Shown piece by piece: positions 8,250 through 18,083 of a DNA stretch of 64,000 nucleotides; the stretch's first letter is position 1, and each line of letters begins with the position of its first letter. The stretch spans positions 2,464,001 to 2,528,000 of the forward strand of contig OZ250165.1 in the NCBI GenBank assembly GCA_965238005.1, in the 5' to 3' direction. This DNA comes from Longimicrobiales bacterium. GTDB lineage: Bacteria; Gemmatimonadota; Gemmatimonadetes; Longimicrobiales; Gaopeijiaceae. The notes beneath the pieces were generated by a model. It saw only the letters and a program-made list of their open reading frames with translations. It was not told the origin of the DNA and ran no database searches. Both the position numbers and the translations under genes were made by a program.

Positions 8250-11200
8250 CTAGCTGGCCCGGGCGTCCGAGTCCTCGTCGCGCATCTCCTTCAGCGCGTC
8301 GTGGATTCCCTGGGTCAGGTCTCGCTCCTGGCGTAGCGCAACGAGGAGCCGCTCGGCCTCCTTGGCCTCGTAAGTGAGCTGTCCGGAAGTCACGATGACC
8401 TGGTCCACGACCGCCTTCTGACTGCCCAGTGATTCCAGTCCCGCCCGGATATCCATGAGCAGACCGTCGGCACGGGCGAGACGCCCCTCGGCGTTCTCGA
8501 TCTGCCGTTGCCGCTCGTCGATGCTCGCAAGCACCTCGGTCATCTCCTCCGCCTTGGCCCGCACCACCTCAAGGTTCTCGCTCGCGGTTTGCACCTCGTC
8601 GGTCGCCGCGGAGATGGCCCGCACATCCTCCAGGGTGCGCTCCGCCCGGGCGAAGAGGTCCTGGACCTCTTCGCGAACCTGATCGATGCTCCCCTGCCTT
8701 GCCGCCAGCGTCTCGATGGAGCGGCCGAGCTCCTGCTCGACCTTGTCGAGGTCGGCGAGCTTCTCCTCGAACTGGGTGATGCGCTTCTCCGCGAAGCGCA
8801 GGCTGCCGGCCCGCGCCTCGAGGCGCTCGGCTCGCATGCCGACCTTCTCGGACTGCTCCTCCGCAGCGACCAAGTGCTCGGTAACGGAGCGGAGCTGATC
8901 CTCCAGTGCCTGGAGGTCCGTGGCCGTCTCCTGGCGCAAGGTGGCCACTCGATCGAGATGCTCGGTGGCCTTGTCCAGAGCCTGCTGGCGTTGGGCGATA
9001 TCGGCGGCGACCCGATCCACTCGCTCCGACAGCGACGTGATGTACTCCGAGCGCTCCACTGCCGCGTCCACTCCCTCGCCCAGCTCCGCCATGTGGTCTT
9101 CGGCCTTGCGTACGGCGGCGGTCACGTCTTCGATGACGGCCCGTACCTTGTCGGCCGCCTCGGCCTGCGCGGACACCGCCTCGAAGCGACGATCGGCGTC
9201 GGCGAGGCTGACCAGCAGATTGCTCGTGCGCTCGTCGAGCTGAGTCCCGGTCTCCCTCAGCTCCGACATGCGATTGTCGAGCTCCGTCAGCGACGGCTCG
9301 CGCGCTTCCAGATGTGAGGCGGCCGCCAAGACCCGGTCGGCGTTCTGCCGCATGTGGTCGAGGTTGGCGGTCAGGTCGTCGAGCTGCGTGATCCGCGGGC
9401 GGAGCTCGCGGATGGACTCCTGCGTGGTGGCTAGCCACGCGCCGGTCTCGAGTTGTCCGGCCTGCATCCGCTCGATCTCCGCGCGGGTGGCCCGCAGACG
9501 CTCCATGGCGTTGACGACCTCCTCTCGCGATCCCCTGAGGGTGGTGAGATCACGAATGGCGTCCTGGACCTCGGACTGTCGAGCCTCGATCCGCTCGAGG
9601 CGGTTGGCCGCCTCGACGGCCGACGCCTCAGCTCTCGACATCCCGTCCCGCATCCCGGTGACCAGCTCCACCTGCTCACTGAGTTGATCGAGCTGAGACG
9701 ACAACGACGTCGAGCGAGCAGACAGGTGGTCACCGCTGCGGGTGGCCTCACTGACCCGCTGGCTCGCGTCGTCGAGGGCACGGAAGCGATTCTCGAACTC
9801 CGTCACTCCCGTGCGCAGATCCACGATCCGCTGATCGATGGCCCCCAGGCTGGCCCGCCCGAGCTCGAAGCTCTGCGTGCTGCGCCGTACCTCCTCCCGC
9901 AGCCCGGCCAGCGTCGACCGCAACTCCTCGTCTTCCCTCCGGATATTCGCCTGTCCGGCCCGGAGCTCGGTAAATTGCTCGGTCACCTTGGCGTTCAGGG
10001 CGCGGAGCGCCTCGACGCTCGTGTTGACCTTCTTCACCTCCTTGACCTGCGCCCGGGCTTCCTTGAGCTTCGACTCCAGCTCCCAGTGGAGGTCCGTGAG
10101 GGCCCGTGCCTGTGCCTCCGTTCGATCGATGGCCTCTCGCTGGCGCTCCAGAGCGGCAGTCTTCTGGCTCACGTGATCGGACAGTCCACGCAACGCGTTC
10201 AACTGCCGCTCGGTGCGACCCGCCAGCTCCTCGGCCTTGGTGAGGTCCTGCATCGTGTTCTCGACCGAGGCCACACGACTGGTTGCGTATTCCACGCCCT
10301 GATCCACGGCGTCCATCCTGGTCCGGATCTCTTTGTACCGGGAAAGGAGGGCTTCCTGCGAGCTCCGGGTGTCCGCCTGATCCTCCCGGATGCGAGCGAC
10401 ATCCTGGCTGTAGTCGAGGAACTGGGCTCTCGCCTCTTCCACCTGTGTGCGGAGCTTCGAGAGGGCCCCCTTCGGTCCGGAGAGCTCGGCGATCTCCTGC
10501 CTGGCCACGGACACCGACTGTACCCCCTCGCGGAGATCGGAGACGTTCGAGTCCAGATCCTTGACCTCCTTGGAGGCCGACTGGATCGCGTCGAGGGCCT
10601 TCCGCTGATTCTCGGCCACCGCGTCGGCCTGCTGGGCGATGGCCGCCATCTGTGCCTCAAGCTGGCCAAGATCGAGTGTGCGGCCCTCGATGCGGCTGAG
10701 CTCCTCCTTGAGCTTCCCGAGATCATCCCGAACCGCAGAGAGGTCTCCCTTGGGGCCGAGCAGCTCCGCCATGGCCGTCCTGGCGTCGGCCACGGCGTCC
10801 ACCTGAGCGTGTAGGGAGGTCACCTGGCCCTCGAGCTTGTCGGCCGAGCTCGTGCTCCGCTCCAGCGACCCGGAGAGCTCATTCTGGGATTCGGCGATCT
10901 CTTCGATCCGCCTCTCGACGACGTCGAGCTGAGCGAAGGACTCCCTCAGTCCGGTCCCGCGATCCTGCATCTGCTGGATCTCCTCGCGGATCACGTTCAC
11001 CCTCTTGAGCAGGGTGGCGACGGTACCGGAGGGCCCGAGCAGGTCCGCCATGGCCGTCCTGGCATCGGCCACCGCCTCCACCTGAGCGTGCAGGGTGGTC
11101 ACCTGGCCCTCGAGCTTGTCGGCCGAGCTCGAGCTTCGCTCCAGGGATCCGGCGAGCTCATCCTGAGATGCGGAGACCCCTTTGATCCGCCTCTCGACGA

Positions 11201-12305
11201 CGTCAAGCTGAGCGACGGTCTCCTTCAGTCCGGTCCCGCGATCCTGCATCTCCCGAAGCTCCTCACGAAGAACGCTCACCTGCGTGAGCAGGGTGGCGAC
11301 GGTACCGGAGGGCCCGAGCAGGTCCGCCATGGCCGTCCTGGCATCGGCCACGGCGTCCACCTGCGAATGTAGGGAGGTCACCTGGCCCTCGAGCTTGTCG
11401 GCCGAGCTCGAGCTTCGCTCCAGGGATCCGGCGAGCTCATCCTGAGATGCGGAGACCCCTTTGATCCGCCTCTCGACGACGTCAAGCTGAGCGACGGTCT
11501 CCTTCAGTCCGGTCCCGCGATCCTGCATCTCCCGAAGCTCCTCACGAAGAACGCTCACCTGCGTGAGCAGGGTGGCGACGGTACCGGAGGGGCCGAGCAG
11601 CTCCGCCATGGCCGTCCTGGCGTCGGCCACGGCGTCCACCTGCGAATGTAGGGAGGTCACCTGGCCCTCGAGCTTGTCGGCCGAGCTCGTGCTCCGTTCC
11701 AGCGACCCGGCGAGCTCATTCTGGGATTCGGCGATCTCTTCGATCCGCCTCTCGACGATGTCGAGCTGAGCGAAGGACTCCTTCAGTCCGGTCCCGCGAT
11801 CCTGCATCTGCTGAAGCTCCTCGCGGAGCACGTTCACCCTCTTGAGCAGTGTGGCGACCGTACCGTAGGGCCCGGCCATCTCCGTGATGTCGCCCGTGGC
11901 CGTGCCGACCTCGTCTACCATGGACCGGATGTCCCGGACCTGCATGTTCAGATCGCTGACCCTCCGAGACGCGTCGTCCAACGTGGTGGTGGCTTTGCTC
12001 TGCGACTCCGTGAGCTCCTTCGCCCGCTGCTCGACCGAGTCGACCTGGGCCGAGATGTCGGTGAACGAGTCGACCCGCGTCTGGAGCTCGGTGACCTGCT
12101 GGCTCATGGCCTCCGTGCTGGCCTGGACGGCGGCCAATGGGCCAGAGGCGTCGTGGAGGATCTGTTGCGCCTCCTCCGACCGCTTCACGAGGTCCCGGAG
12201 CGCTTTCCGGTCCCTCTTGGCCTGGGCGAATATCTTTTGGAGCTCTTCGGGGAGCTCTGTGATCTCACCGCTGCCACCGAAGAACGACTTGATCCAGGAA
12301 GCCAT
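8250..12305 (-). CDS. Very large (~1350 aa) coiled-coil protein with internal 93-aa repeats, function unknown
   Basis: Almost entirely helical heptad-like sequence, no TM segment or Walker motif seen; starts MASWIKSFFGG after a GAGG RBS. Confidence 0.85.
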   Translation of the reverse strand: MASWIKSFFGGSGEITELPEELQKIFAQAKRDRKALRDLVKRSEEAQQILHDASGPLAAVQASTEAMSQQVTELQTRVDSFTDISAQVDSVEQRAKELTESQSKATTTLDDASRRVSDLNMQVRDIRSMVDEVGTATGDITEMAGPYGTVATLLKRVNVLREELQQMQDRGTGLKESFAQLDIVERRIEEIAESQNELAGSLERSTSSADKLEGQVTSLHSQVDAVADARTAMAELLGPSGTVATLLTQVSVLREELREMQDRGTGLKETVAQLDVVERRIKGVSASQDELAGSLERSSSSADKLEGQVTSLHSQVDAVADARTAMADLLGPSGTVATLLTQVSVLREELREMQDRGTGLKETVAQLDVVERRIKGVSASQDELAGSLERSSSSADKLEGQVTTLHAQVEAVADARTAMADLLGPSGTVATLLKRVNVIREEIQQMQDRGTGLRESFAQLDVVERRIEEIAESQNELSGSLERSTSSADKLEGQVTSLHAQVDAVADARTAMAELLGPKGDLSAVRDDLGKLKEELSRIEGRTLDLGQLEAQMAAIAQQADAVAENQRKALDAIQSASKEVKDLDSNVSDLREGVQSVSVARQEIAELSGPKGALSKLRTQVEEARAQFLDYSQDVARIREDQADTRSSQEALLSRYKEIRTRMDAVDQGVEYATSRVASVENTMQDLTKAEELAGRTERQLNALRGLSDHVSQKTAALERQREAIDRTEAQARALTDLHWELESKLKEARAQVKEVKKVNTSVEALRALNAKVTEQFTELRAGQANIRREDEELRSTLAGLREEVRRSTQSFELGRASLGAIDQRIVDLRTGVTEFENRFRALDDASQRVSEATRSGDHLSARSTSLSSQLDQLSEQVELVTGMRDGMSRAEASAVEAANRLERIEARQSEVQDAIRDLTTLRGSREEVVNAMERLRATRAEIERMQAGQLETGAWLATTQESIRELRPRITQLDDLTANLDHMRQNADRVLAAASHLEAREPSLTELDNRMSELRETGTQLDERTSNLLVSLADADRRFEAVSAQAEAADKVRAVIEDVTAAVRKAEDHMAELGEGVDAAVERSEYITSLSERVDRVAADIAQRQQALDKATEHLDRVATLRQETATDLQALEDQLRSVTEHLVAAEEQSEKVGMRAERLEARAGSLRFAEKRITQFEEKLADLDKVEQELGRSIETLAARQGSIDQVREEVQDLFARAERTLEDVRAISAATDEVQTASENLEVVRAKAEEMTEVLASIDERQRQIENAEGRLARADGLLMDIRAGLESLGSQKAVVDQVIVTSGQLTYEAKEAERLLVALRQERDLTQGIHDALKEMRDEDSDARAS
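10758..11873 (-). repeat. Four tandem 279-bp intragenic repeats in A-B-B-A arrangement
   Basis: The anchor ggtaccggagg recurs at 11022, 11301 and 11580, with a variant at ~11859 (period 279). Units 2 and 3 are near-identical; units 1 and 4 resemble each other. Confidence 0.95.
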
Positions 12306-12544
12306 GATTCCTCTCGATCGGGGTTTCCGAGAAAATGTCACCCGGTCCCGGAAAATACCATGTGGCCTCCCTTCCCGGCGAGCGTGCTGGAGTGAAGGCT
12401 AGCATCCACTCCAATTGCTGGACTCCATGGCTGTGGCGCAAGTGGATCAGGTCTTGGCGCATCTTTTTCAACCCGATGCGGTAATAGGCCTGGGCATTTC
12501 CTCTGGCGACACGGGCGTGATCGGGGGGACCAGGAGGGGAGACA

Positions 12545-13153
12545 GTGGAAGCACTCGTATACGAATTCGGCGCCTGGCTCGAGTCCATCGGAGTGTGGGC
12601 GTACTTCCTGGCGCCACTGGCCATGGCCCTCGTCGCCATCCTTCCCATCCCCGCCGAATTCCCGGCGGTCCTGAACGGAATGATGTTCGGCCCCGTGCTC
12701 GGGACCGTCTTCACCTGGGGTGGAGCCTTGGCCGGCGCTCAGGTCAGCTTCGAGCTGGCACGGAAGCTCGGACGGCCTCTCGCGGAGCGATTCGTCCCCG
12801 AGAAGTCCCTGGAGAAAGCCGATCAGATCGTCCTCAATGCCGACTGGTGGGGCTTGCTTCTTCCGCGATTCATCCCGCTCATCGCGTTCACCGCCCTCAA
12901 CTGGGGCGCCGGACTCACGCCGGTGCCGCGTGGCCGGTTCTTCTGGACGACGGCCGTTGGCATCTTTCCCGGTGCGCTTGTGCTCACCGCATCGGGAGCC
13001 GGTCTTCCCTTCCTCCTCGAGCGCTTCCCGGTCACGACTTGGGCGATCGCCGGGTTGATCACGGCATACGGGGGGTACCGTCTCTACCGGAGAAACACGC
13101 CGCGCCGATCCCAGGCCCCGAAGGTCGGCTCCACGACCGCATCGGCCGGCTAG
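12545..13153 (+). CDS. TVP38/TMEM64 (VTT/DedA-superfamily) membrane protein
   Basis: PIPAE...GMMFGPVLG...F.LARKLGR...LPRFIPLIAF..LNWGAGLT..FFWTTAVGIFPG. Confidence 0.88.
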   Translation: MEALVYEFGAWLESIGVWAYFLAPLAMALVAILPIPAEFPAVLNGMMFGPVLGTVFTWGGALAGAQVSFELARKLGRPLAERFVPEKSLEKADQIVLNADWWGLLLPRFIPLIAFTALNWGAGLTPVPRGRFFWTTAVGIFPGALVLTASGAGLPFLLERFPVTTWAIAGLITAYGGYRLYRRNTPRRSQAPKVGSTTASAG

Positions 13154-13247
13154 GAGCCGCCCCACCCTATTCCCGGACGGGCTCCTAGTCTAGGGAGGGA
13201 TCGGCCAGACAGAGCCCACATAGCGGGGGCCCGGTAACCGGAGTCGT

Positions 13248-14075
13248 CTACCCGTCTCCGCTGAGGGACGTCCAACCTCTGGCGTAGAGGCCCACGGGCC
13301 GAGCCAGGTATCCGGGGTACCCCTCGGCCGCTTCCCCGGCGCTGCGGGCATCCAGCTCCACGACGGCCAGCGGATCCGTCCCCTCGTAAAGGACCTCACC
13401 GTCGGGAGCCACGGCCAGCGAAGGCCCACCGATGTCCACGTCGAACTCCGGCCGGGGCCGGTTCACGGAGAGCAGGTACGCATCCGCCATGACCGCGTTG
13501 GCCCGGAGCACCAGCCGCCAGCGCTCGTACGTCGCATTGGGGGTCGCGCGGGGCACCAGGAGCACCTCCGCCCCCTGGCTCCGGAGCAGCTGCGACCCCT
13601 GAGGGCGGTTGATGTCGGAGCAGATCTGAACCCCGACGGTGATCCCGGGTCCAGGCATGGCCCGGGGCGGCTCCGTGCCCGGCACGTAGTGCGACGTTTC
13701 CCAGTAGCCCTCCTCCTCCGGCAGATGGACCTTCCGGTACCGGCCCAGCTCCCGCCCCCGGGCGTCGAACAGGATGGCGGTGTTGTGCCGCTGGCCGGTC
13801 TCCGGGTCGAGCACAATCGCTCCGCCGAGCAGTGCGATGCCCGCATCGCGGGCCGCCTCCGCCAGGATGCTCTGCCGCGGACCCCCCGGGGGCTCGGCGT
13901 CCTCCGTCTGAGCTTGCTTGGTGGCGGGCGACCAGGGGTTGAGCGGGAGCTCCGGAAGGACGGCCAGGCGGGCACCCAGTGCACGAGCCTCACCCAGGCG
14001 CTCTCGCAGTCGGGCGCGGTCCTCATCCGTGTGAAAGACGTCCGTCACCAGCGCTATGACCACTAGGTCATCCAC
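13248..14075 (-). CDS. Carbon-nitrogen hydrolase (nitrilase family)
   Basis: E-K-C triad motifs LPEL, YRKVHLP, QICSD; GTG start with GGAG RBS. Confidence 0.9.
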   Translation of the reverse strand: MDDLVVIALVTDVFHTDEDRARLRERLGEARALGARLAVLPELPLNPWSPATKQAQTEDAEPPGGPRQSILAEAARDAGIALLGGAIVLDPETGQRHNTAILFDARGRELGRYRKVHLPEEEGYWETSHYVPGTEPPRAMPGPGITVGVQICSDINRPQGSQLLRSQGAEVLLVPRATPNATYERWRLVLRANAVMADAYLLSVNRPRPEFDVDIGGPSLAVAPDGEVLYEGTDPLAVVELDARSAGEAAEGYPGYLARPVGLYARGWTSLSGDG

Positions 14076-14110
14076 CCACACTCTCCAGATTCTCAGATGG
14101 CTCACCGAAA

Positions 14111-14136
14111 GAGGGGCGGCCCGAGGGCCGCCCCTC
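14111..14136. terminator. GC-rich hairpin downstream of ggt
   Basis: GAGGGGCGGCC-loop-GGCCGCCCCTC, followed by a short U run on the minus strand. Confidence 0.6.
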
Positions 14137-14162
14137 TGGCTCGACGCGCTGCGCAGACCGTG

Positions 14163-16037
14163 CTACCAGGCTATGCCGTAGTCGTCACCGTGGTGGCTAG
14201 AGCCTCCCCAGAAGGTCCCGTGCTCCCAGTCGAAGAAGATGGCGTTGATGGGTCCGGAAGTCCTCTCCGAGAACGTCAGGCTGTACCCCATGCGCCTCAG
14301 GTCGGCCTGCACCCAGGGCGGCGTGGCCTGCTGAACCAGCATGCGACCGGGGCTACTCTCGTGGTCGCCGAACGAGCCGCGCATCTGGAAGCTGTTGATG
14401 TTGGCCGCTTCGGCCGCCTGCTGCACGTTCATGTCGAACTCGACGATGTTCAGGAAGAACTGGAGCAGGTTCTGGTCCTGGCCGTCTCCACCCTGGACCG
14501 CGAACGACATGAAGGGCTTGCCGTCCTTCACGGCCAGGCTGGGCGTGAGCGTGGCTCGGGGCCTCTTGCCGGGCTCCACGACGTTGTAGGGGTTGTCCTC
14601 CTCGTTGACGATGAAGCTCTGCATGCGCTGGCTCAGGCCTACCCCGGTCTGGCCGGCGACCACGGCCGGGATCCACCCGCCGCTGGGCGTGATCGAGACC
14701 ACCCAGCCCTCCTCGTCGGCGGCCTGGATCGACGTGGTGCCCAGGTAGAAGTCGTCCTCGAAGTCCGCCATGGCCTGGGATCCGGCCGCCTCGGTCACGG
14801 TGCGGCCCTTCTCGTTCCACTGCTCCAGGTACCGCAAGAACGGGTTGGTCCCGCCCTGGAAGGGATAGGGGTCGCCGGGGCCCAGGTTCGGGTCGTTCTT
14901 CTCCCAGTCGACCTGGCCGGCCCTCTGCTTGGCATAGTCCTTGGAGAGCAGTCCCTCGAGGGGTTCCTCCGGCGGGTAGTAGGGATCGCCATAGTAGAAG
15001 TCGCGATCCGCGAAGGCCAGGTTCATGGTCTGGTACAGGGCGTGGATGTAGCGGCTACTGTTATAGCCCATGGCCTTGAGGTCGAAGTTCTCGAGGATGT
15101 TCAACGCCTGCAGCAGGACGGGTCCCTGCACCCAGGTCGTCAGCTTGTAGACGTCGATGCCCTTGTAGCTCGTCTTCACCGGCTCCTCGAGGTAAACCTG
15201 CCAGTTGGCCAGATCCTCCATGGTGATGAGCCCCCCCTGTTCCTGGGTGCCCCTCACGAGCTCCTGGGCGATATCCCCCTTGTAGAAGCGATCGTACGCG
15301 GCGTAGATGGCCTCCCTGCGGCCCTTGCCCTGGGCCAGCGCATCGCGCTCGGCCTCGACCAGTTTTTCGAGCGTGCGCTTGAGGTCGGGCTGGCGGAAGA
15401 TCTCACCCTCCCTGGGCGCCGGGTTCTCGGCGTCGTCGGGGTGCGTCAGGTAGACCGCACGGGAGTAGGGCCACTCGCGGATGCGGTCGATCTGGCCGTG
15501 GATGCCTCGCACGGCGCCGGCCTCGATGGCGTAGCCGTCGGCCATCTGGATGGCCGGCTCGAGCACCTCGGCCAGGCTCAGCGTGCCGAACTCGGCCAGC
15601 ATGGTCATCAGCCCGCCCGGCGTGCCCGGAGTCACCGCCGCCAAGGGCCCGTACTGGGGCGGAAAGTCCATCCCCTTCTCACGGAAGAAGTCCACCGTGG
15701 CGCCCGTCGGCGCGACGCCCAGCGCGTTGACGCCGATGACCTTGCCGGTGTTCGGGTTGTATATGAGTGCCTGGGTCTCTCCGCCCCAGCTCAGAACGTC
15801 CCACATGGTAGCGGTGGCGGCGAGCATGGCGCTGGCGGCGTCCACCGCGTTTCCGCCCTTCTGGAAGATCATGGCGCCGGCGGTGGCCCCGAGGGGCTTG
15901 CCGGTGATGGCCACCCAGTGCGTGCCGTGCAGGACCGGCTTCTGCGTCCGCTGCGCCTCCAGGACCCAAGGGCTCAGCGCGAAGATCAGCATGAGTGCGA
16001 GGCTCAGCCGAAGCAGGACCCTCGTTCGTGCCCTCAT
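14163..16037 (-). CDS. ggt: Gamma-glutamyltransferase family protein (secreted)
   Basis: Signal peptide; GGNAVDAA, PGTPGG, LAFADRD, catalytic GTTS, PGKRPRATLTP; RBS GGAGGA. Confidence 0.92.
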   Translation of the reverse strand: MRARTRVLLRLSLALMLIFALSPWVLEAQRTQKPVLHGTHWVAITGKPLGATAGAMIFQKGGNAVDAASAMLAATATMWDVLSWGGETQALIYNPNTGKVIGVNALGVAPTGATVDFFREKGMDFPPQYGPLAAVTPGTPGGLMTMLAEFGTLSLAEVLEPAIQMADGYAIEAGAVRGIHGQIDRIREWPYSRAVYLTHPDDAENPAPREGEIFRQPDLKRTLEKLVEAERDALAQGKGRREAIYAAYDRFYKGDIAQELVRGTQEQGGLITMEDLANWQVYLEEPVKTSYKGIDVYKLTTWVQGPVLLQALNILENFDLKAMGYNSSRYIHALYQTMNLAFADRDFYYGDPYYPPEEPLEGLLSKDYAKQRAGQVDWEKNDPNLGPGDPYPFQGGTNPFLRYLEQWNEKGRTVTEAAGSQAMADFEDDFYLGTTSIQAADEEGWVVSITPSGGWIPAVVAGQTGVGLSQRMQSFIVNEEDNPYNVVEPGKRPRATLTPSLAVKDGKPFMSFAVQGGDGQDQNLLQFFLNIVEFDMNVQQAAEAANINSFQMRGSFGDHESSPGRMLVQQATPPWVQADLRRMGYSLTFSERTSGPINAIFFDWEHGTFWGGSSHHGDDYGIAW

Positions 16038-16145
16038 CGTTCCTCCTAGGCTTCGTACGATTGACGACCGTGGTTGCGTAGCGATCAAGGTACTTGGAGA
16101 GGTTCGACCACGCACCAGATGCGGTTTCCCGGGTGCTCGCCCCGC

Positions 16146-17354
16146 TCAGAAGAAGTGGGTCAACGACAGGTATAGCACGGTGGGCGTGGGCCCGAACTCG
16201 GAGCCGATGCTAGTGTCCAGCGCGAACGCGTCGTCCCCCACGCCGATGAAAAAGCCCCCACGCAGGCTCGAGTTGGAGCCGAAGCCCCACGTTCCGCCGC
16301 CCGACAGGAGGACGCTGCCATCCGAAAGGCTGGTGAGGGCCAGAAGGTCCGCAGCCCACAGCGGATGGATCTGGTACGAGGCCTGGGTGGCCAGGGCGTC
16401 GCGTGCCAGCAACTGAAGCTCGCCCCGTTGGAACGCAGAGGAGAGAGTCGTCTGGAAGAGCTCGTCGGAATCCGCGGCACCGAAGCCGTCCCGCTGATAC
16501 TCGACGATCAAGTACAGATCCCGACGGTACACAGCCACCCGCCGGTCGACCCCCACCGTGCCCCTGAGCACGGCTCCGACCCCCCCGTCCCGGACCGAGA
16601 CCTCGGTGCGAACGGCCCACCCGGCCAACTCCCCCACGGCGCTCACCGCCCCCGCCGCGTCGTCGAACAGCACGCCACCCCATGCCGCGACATCCCATCC
16701 CCGCCAGTTGGTCTTGCCCCGCACGAGGGCCGTCAGCTGGTCTCCACCCGGCGACGACGTGGGGCGTACCACCAGCTCCACCTCGCTGAAGGCTCCCGGA
16801 TAGGCACGAACCCGGACGCCGTCGATGCCGACCCGATACTCACGGAACGGATCGGCCGGGTCGAACGGCGCGAAGGGATCGGCAGGTGTGAGGATCAGGG
16901 TGCTTGCCCACGAAACGACCTGTCTCCCCACAGAGAGCTCAACCGACTCACCCACGGGGAGAGTGAGGGCCAGACGATCCACACGATGTCGCCACAAGAC
17001 CTGGTCGCTCGCCTCCGCCGTCCAGTCGAGCTCCAGCCAGTTGACCCCGGCGCTCGGGACCACAGCAACCGCCCCGGTGCCGAGCACATCTTCACCGCTG
17101 ACCTGGAGGGTGTGCCCGTACGCGAAGTCCAGGCCGAAGGGCCCCACGGAGGGAGCCCACATGACACGGAAGCGTTGGAAATCGGTGAGTCCCGAATCGC
17201 TTACCGGGCTTTCGCCCGAGCGGCTGAAGAGGTTCAGGTAGTAGGCGGAGAGGTCGGGCACTTGAGCGTCGAGCACGGCCGCACCGAACGCCAGGTACAG
17301 GACCGATACGATCAGTCCCCGTCGCAGTCCCCGCCGGGGCTCTGCTCCCCTCAC
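16146..17354 (-). CDS. Probable outer-membrane beta-barrel protein of the LolA-like/ABC operon
   Basis: Signal peptide, GRQVVSW, G.DGVR, C-terminal Phe; last gene of the operon. Confidence 0.65.
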   Translation of the reverse strand: MRGAEPRRGLRRGLIVSVLYLAFGAAVLDAQVPDLSAYYLNLFSRSGESPVSDSGLTDFQRFRVMWAPSVGPFGLDFAYGHTLQVSGEDVLGTGAVAVVPSAGVNWLELDWTAEASDQVLWRHRVDRLALTLPVGESVELSVGRQVVSWASTLILTPADPFAPFDPADPFREYRVGIDGVRVRAYPGAFSEVELVVRPTSSPGGDQLTALVRGKTNWRGWDVAAWGGVLFDDAAGAVSAVGELAGWAVRTEVSVRDGGVGAVLRGTVGVDRRVAVYRRDLYLIVEYQRDGFGAADSDELFQTTLSSAFQRGELQLLARDALATQASYQIHPLWAADLLALTSLSDGSVLLSGGGTWGFGSNSSLRGGFFIGVGDDAFALDTSIGSEFGPTPTVLYLSLTHFF

Positions 17355-17369
17355 CTGTCAAGCGATCCT

Positions 17370-18083
17370 TTACTGCCTCTCGTCCGATGTGACCTGCCCG
17401 TCGACGAGGCGCACGCGGCGGCGCGCCCGCTCCATCACGCGGGGGTCGTGGGTCGAGAAGAGGAACGTGGTGCGGTGCTCCCGGTTCAGCCGCTCCATGA
17501 CGTCCAGAAGCGCGTCGCTGGTATGGGAGTCGAGATTGGCCGTGGGCTCGTCCGCGAGGACGAGTGTGGGCTCGCCTACCACGGCCCGGGCGACCGCTAC
17601 CCGCTGTTGCTGGCCACCGGAGAGCTTTCCGGGCTTTCGGTCCTCCAAGCCCTCGAGGCCGATCTCCTGGAAGAGCTCCCCCACTCGCCGGTGGCGCTCC
17701 TCGGTGGGCACTCCCCTCAGCAGGAGCGAGAACTCCGCATTCTCCAGAGCCGACAGCACGGGGAGCAGGTTGAAGGCCTGGAAGACGAAGCCGATGCTCT
17801 CGAGCCGGAGCCGGGCCAGCTCCTTGTCGGAGAACTCGGTGATCTCCTGCTCGCCTACCCAGATCCGCCCTCGGGTGGGGCGGGTCAGCCCTCCGAGCAG
17901 GTTGAGAAGGGTCGTCTTCCCGGACCCGGAAGGGCCGGCCATGGCCATGAAGTCTCCTTCGTGGATCTCCAGGGTGACACCACGGACCGCTTCCACTTCC
18001 TCGGGCTCCTGGGGATAGACCTTCCAGAGATCCTCGGTGCGCACGGCTACCTCGGTGGCCAAGGACGGGTTCTCGTTCGTCAT
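17370..18083 (-). CDS. ABC transporter ATP-binding protein (LolD/MacB-type)
   Basis: GPSGSGKT, LSGGQQQRVAVARA, LADEPTANLD, STHD. Confidence 0.93.
   Translation of the reverse strand: MTNENPSLATEVAVRTEDLWKVYPQEPEEVEAVRGVTLEIHEGDFMAMAGPSGSGKTTLLNLLGGLTRPTRGRIWVGEQEITEFSDKELARLRLESIGFVFQAFNLLPVLSALENAEFSLLLRGVPTEERHRRVGELFQEIGLEGLEDRKPGKLSGGQQQRVAVARAVVGEPTLVLADEPTANLDSHTSDALLDVMERLNREHRTTFLFSTHDPRVMERARRRVRLVDGQVTSDERQ

Noticed and set aside
8250..12305. SMC/SbcC or phage tape-measure annotation
   Set aside because: No Walker A/B or signature motifs, and no phage genes nearby.
14097..16049. 650-aa plus-strand ORF, and similar long ORFs such as 16365-18137 and 9453-10814
   Set aside because: Antisense shadows of well-supported minus-strand genes, as expected in high-GC DNA.
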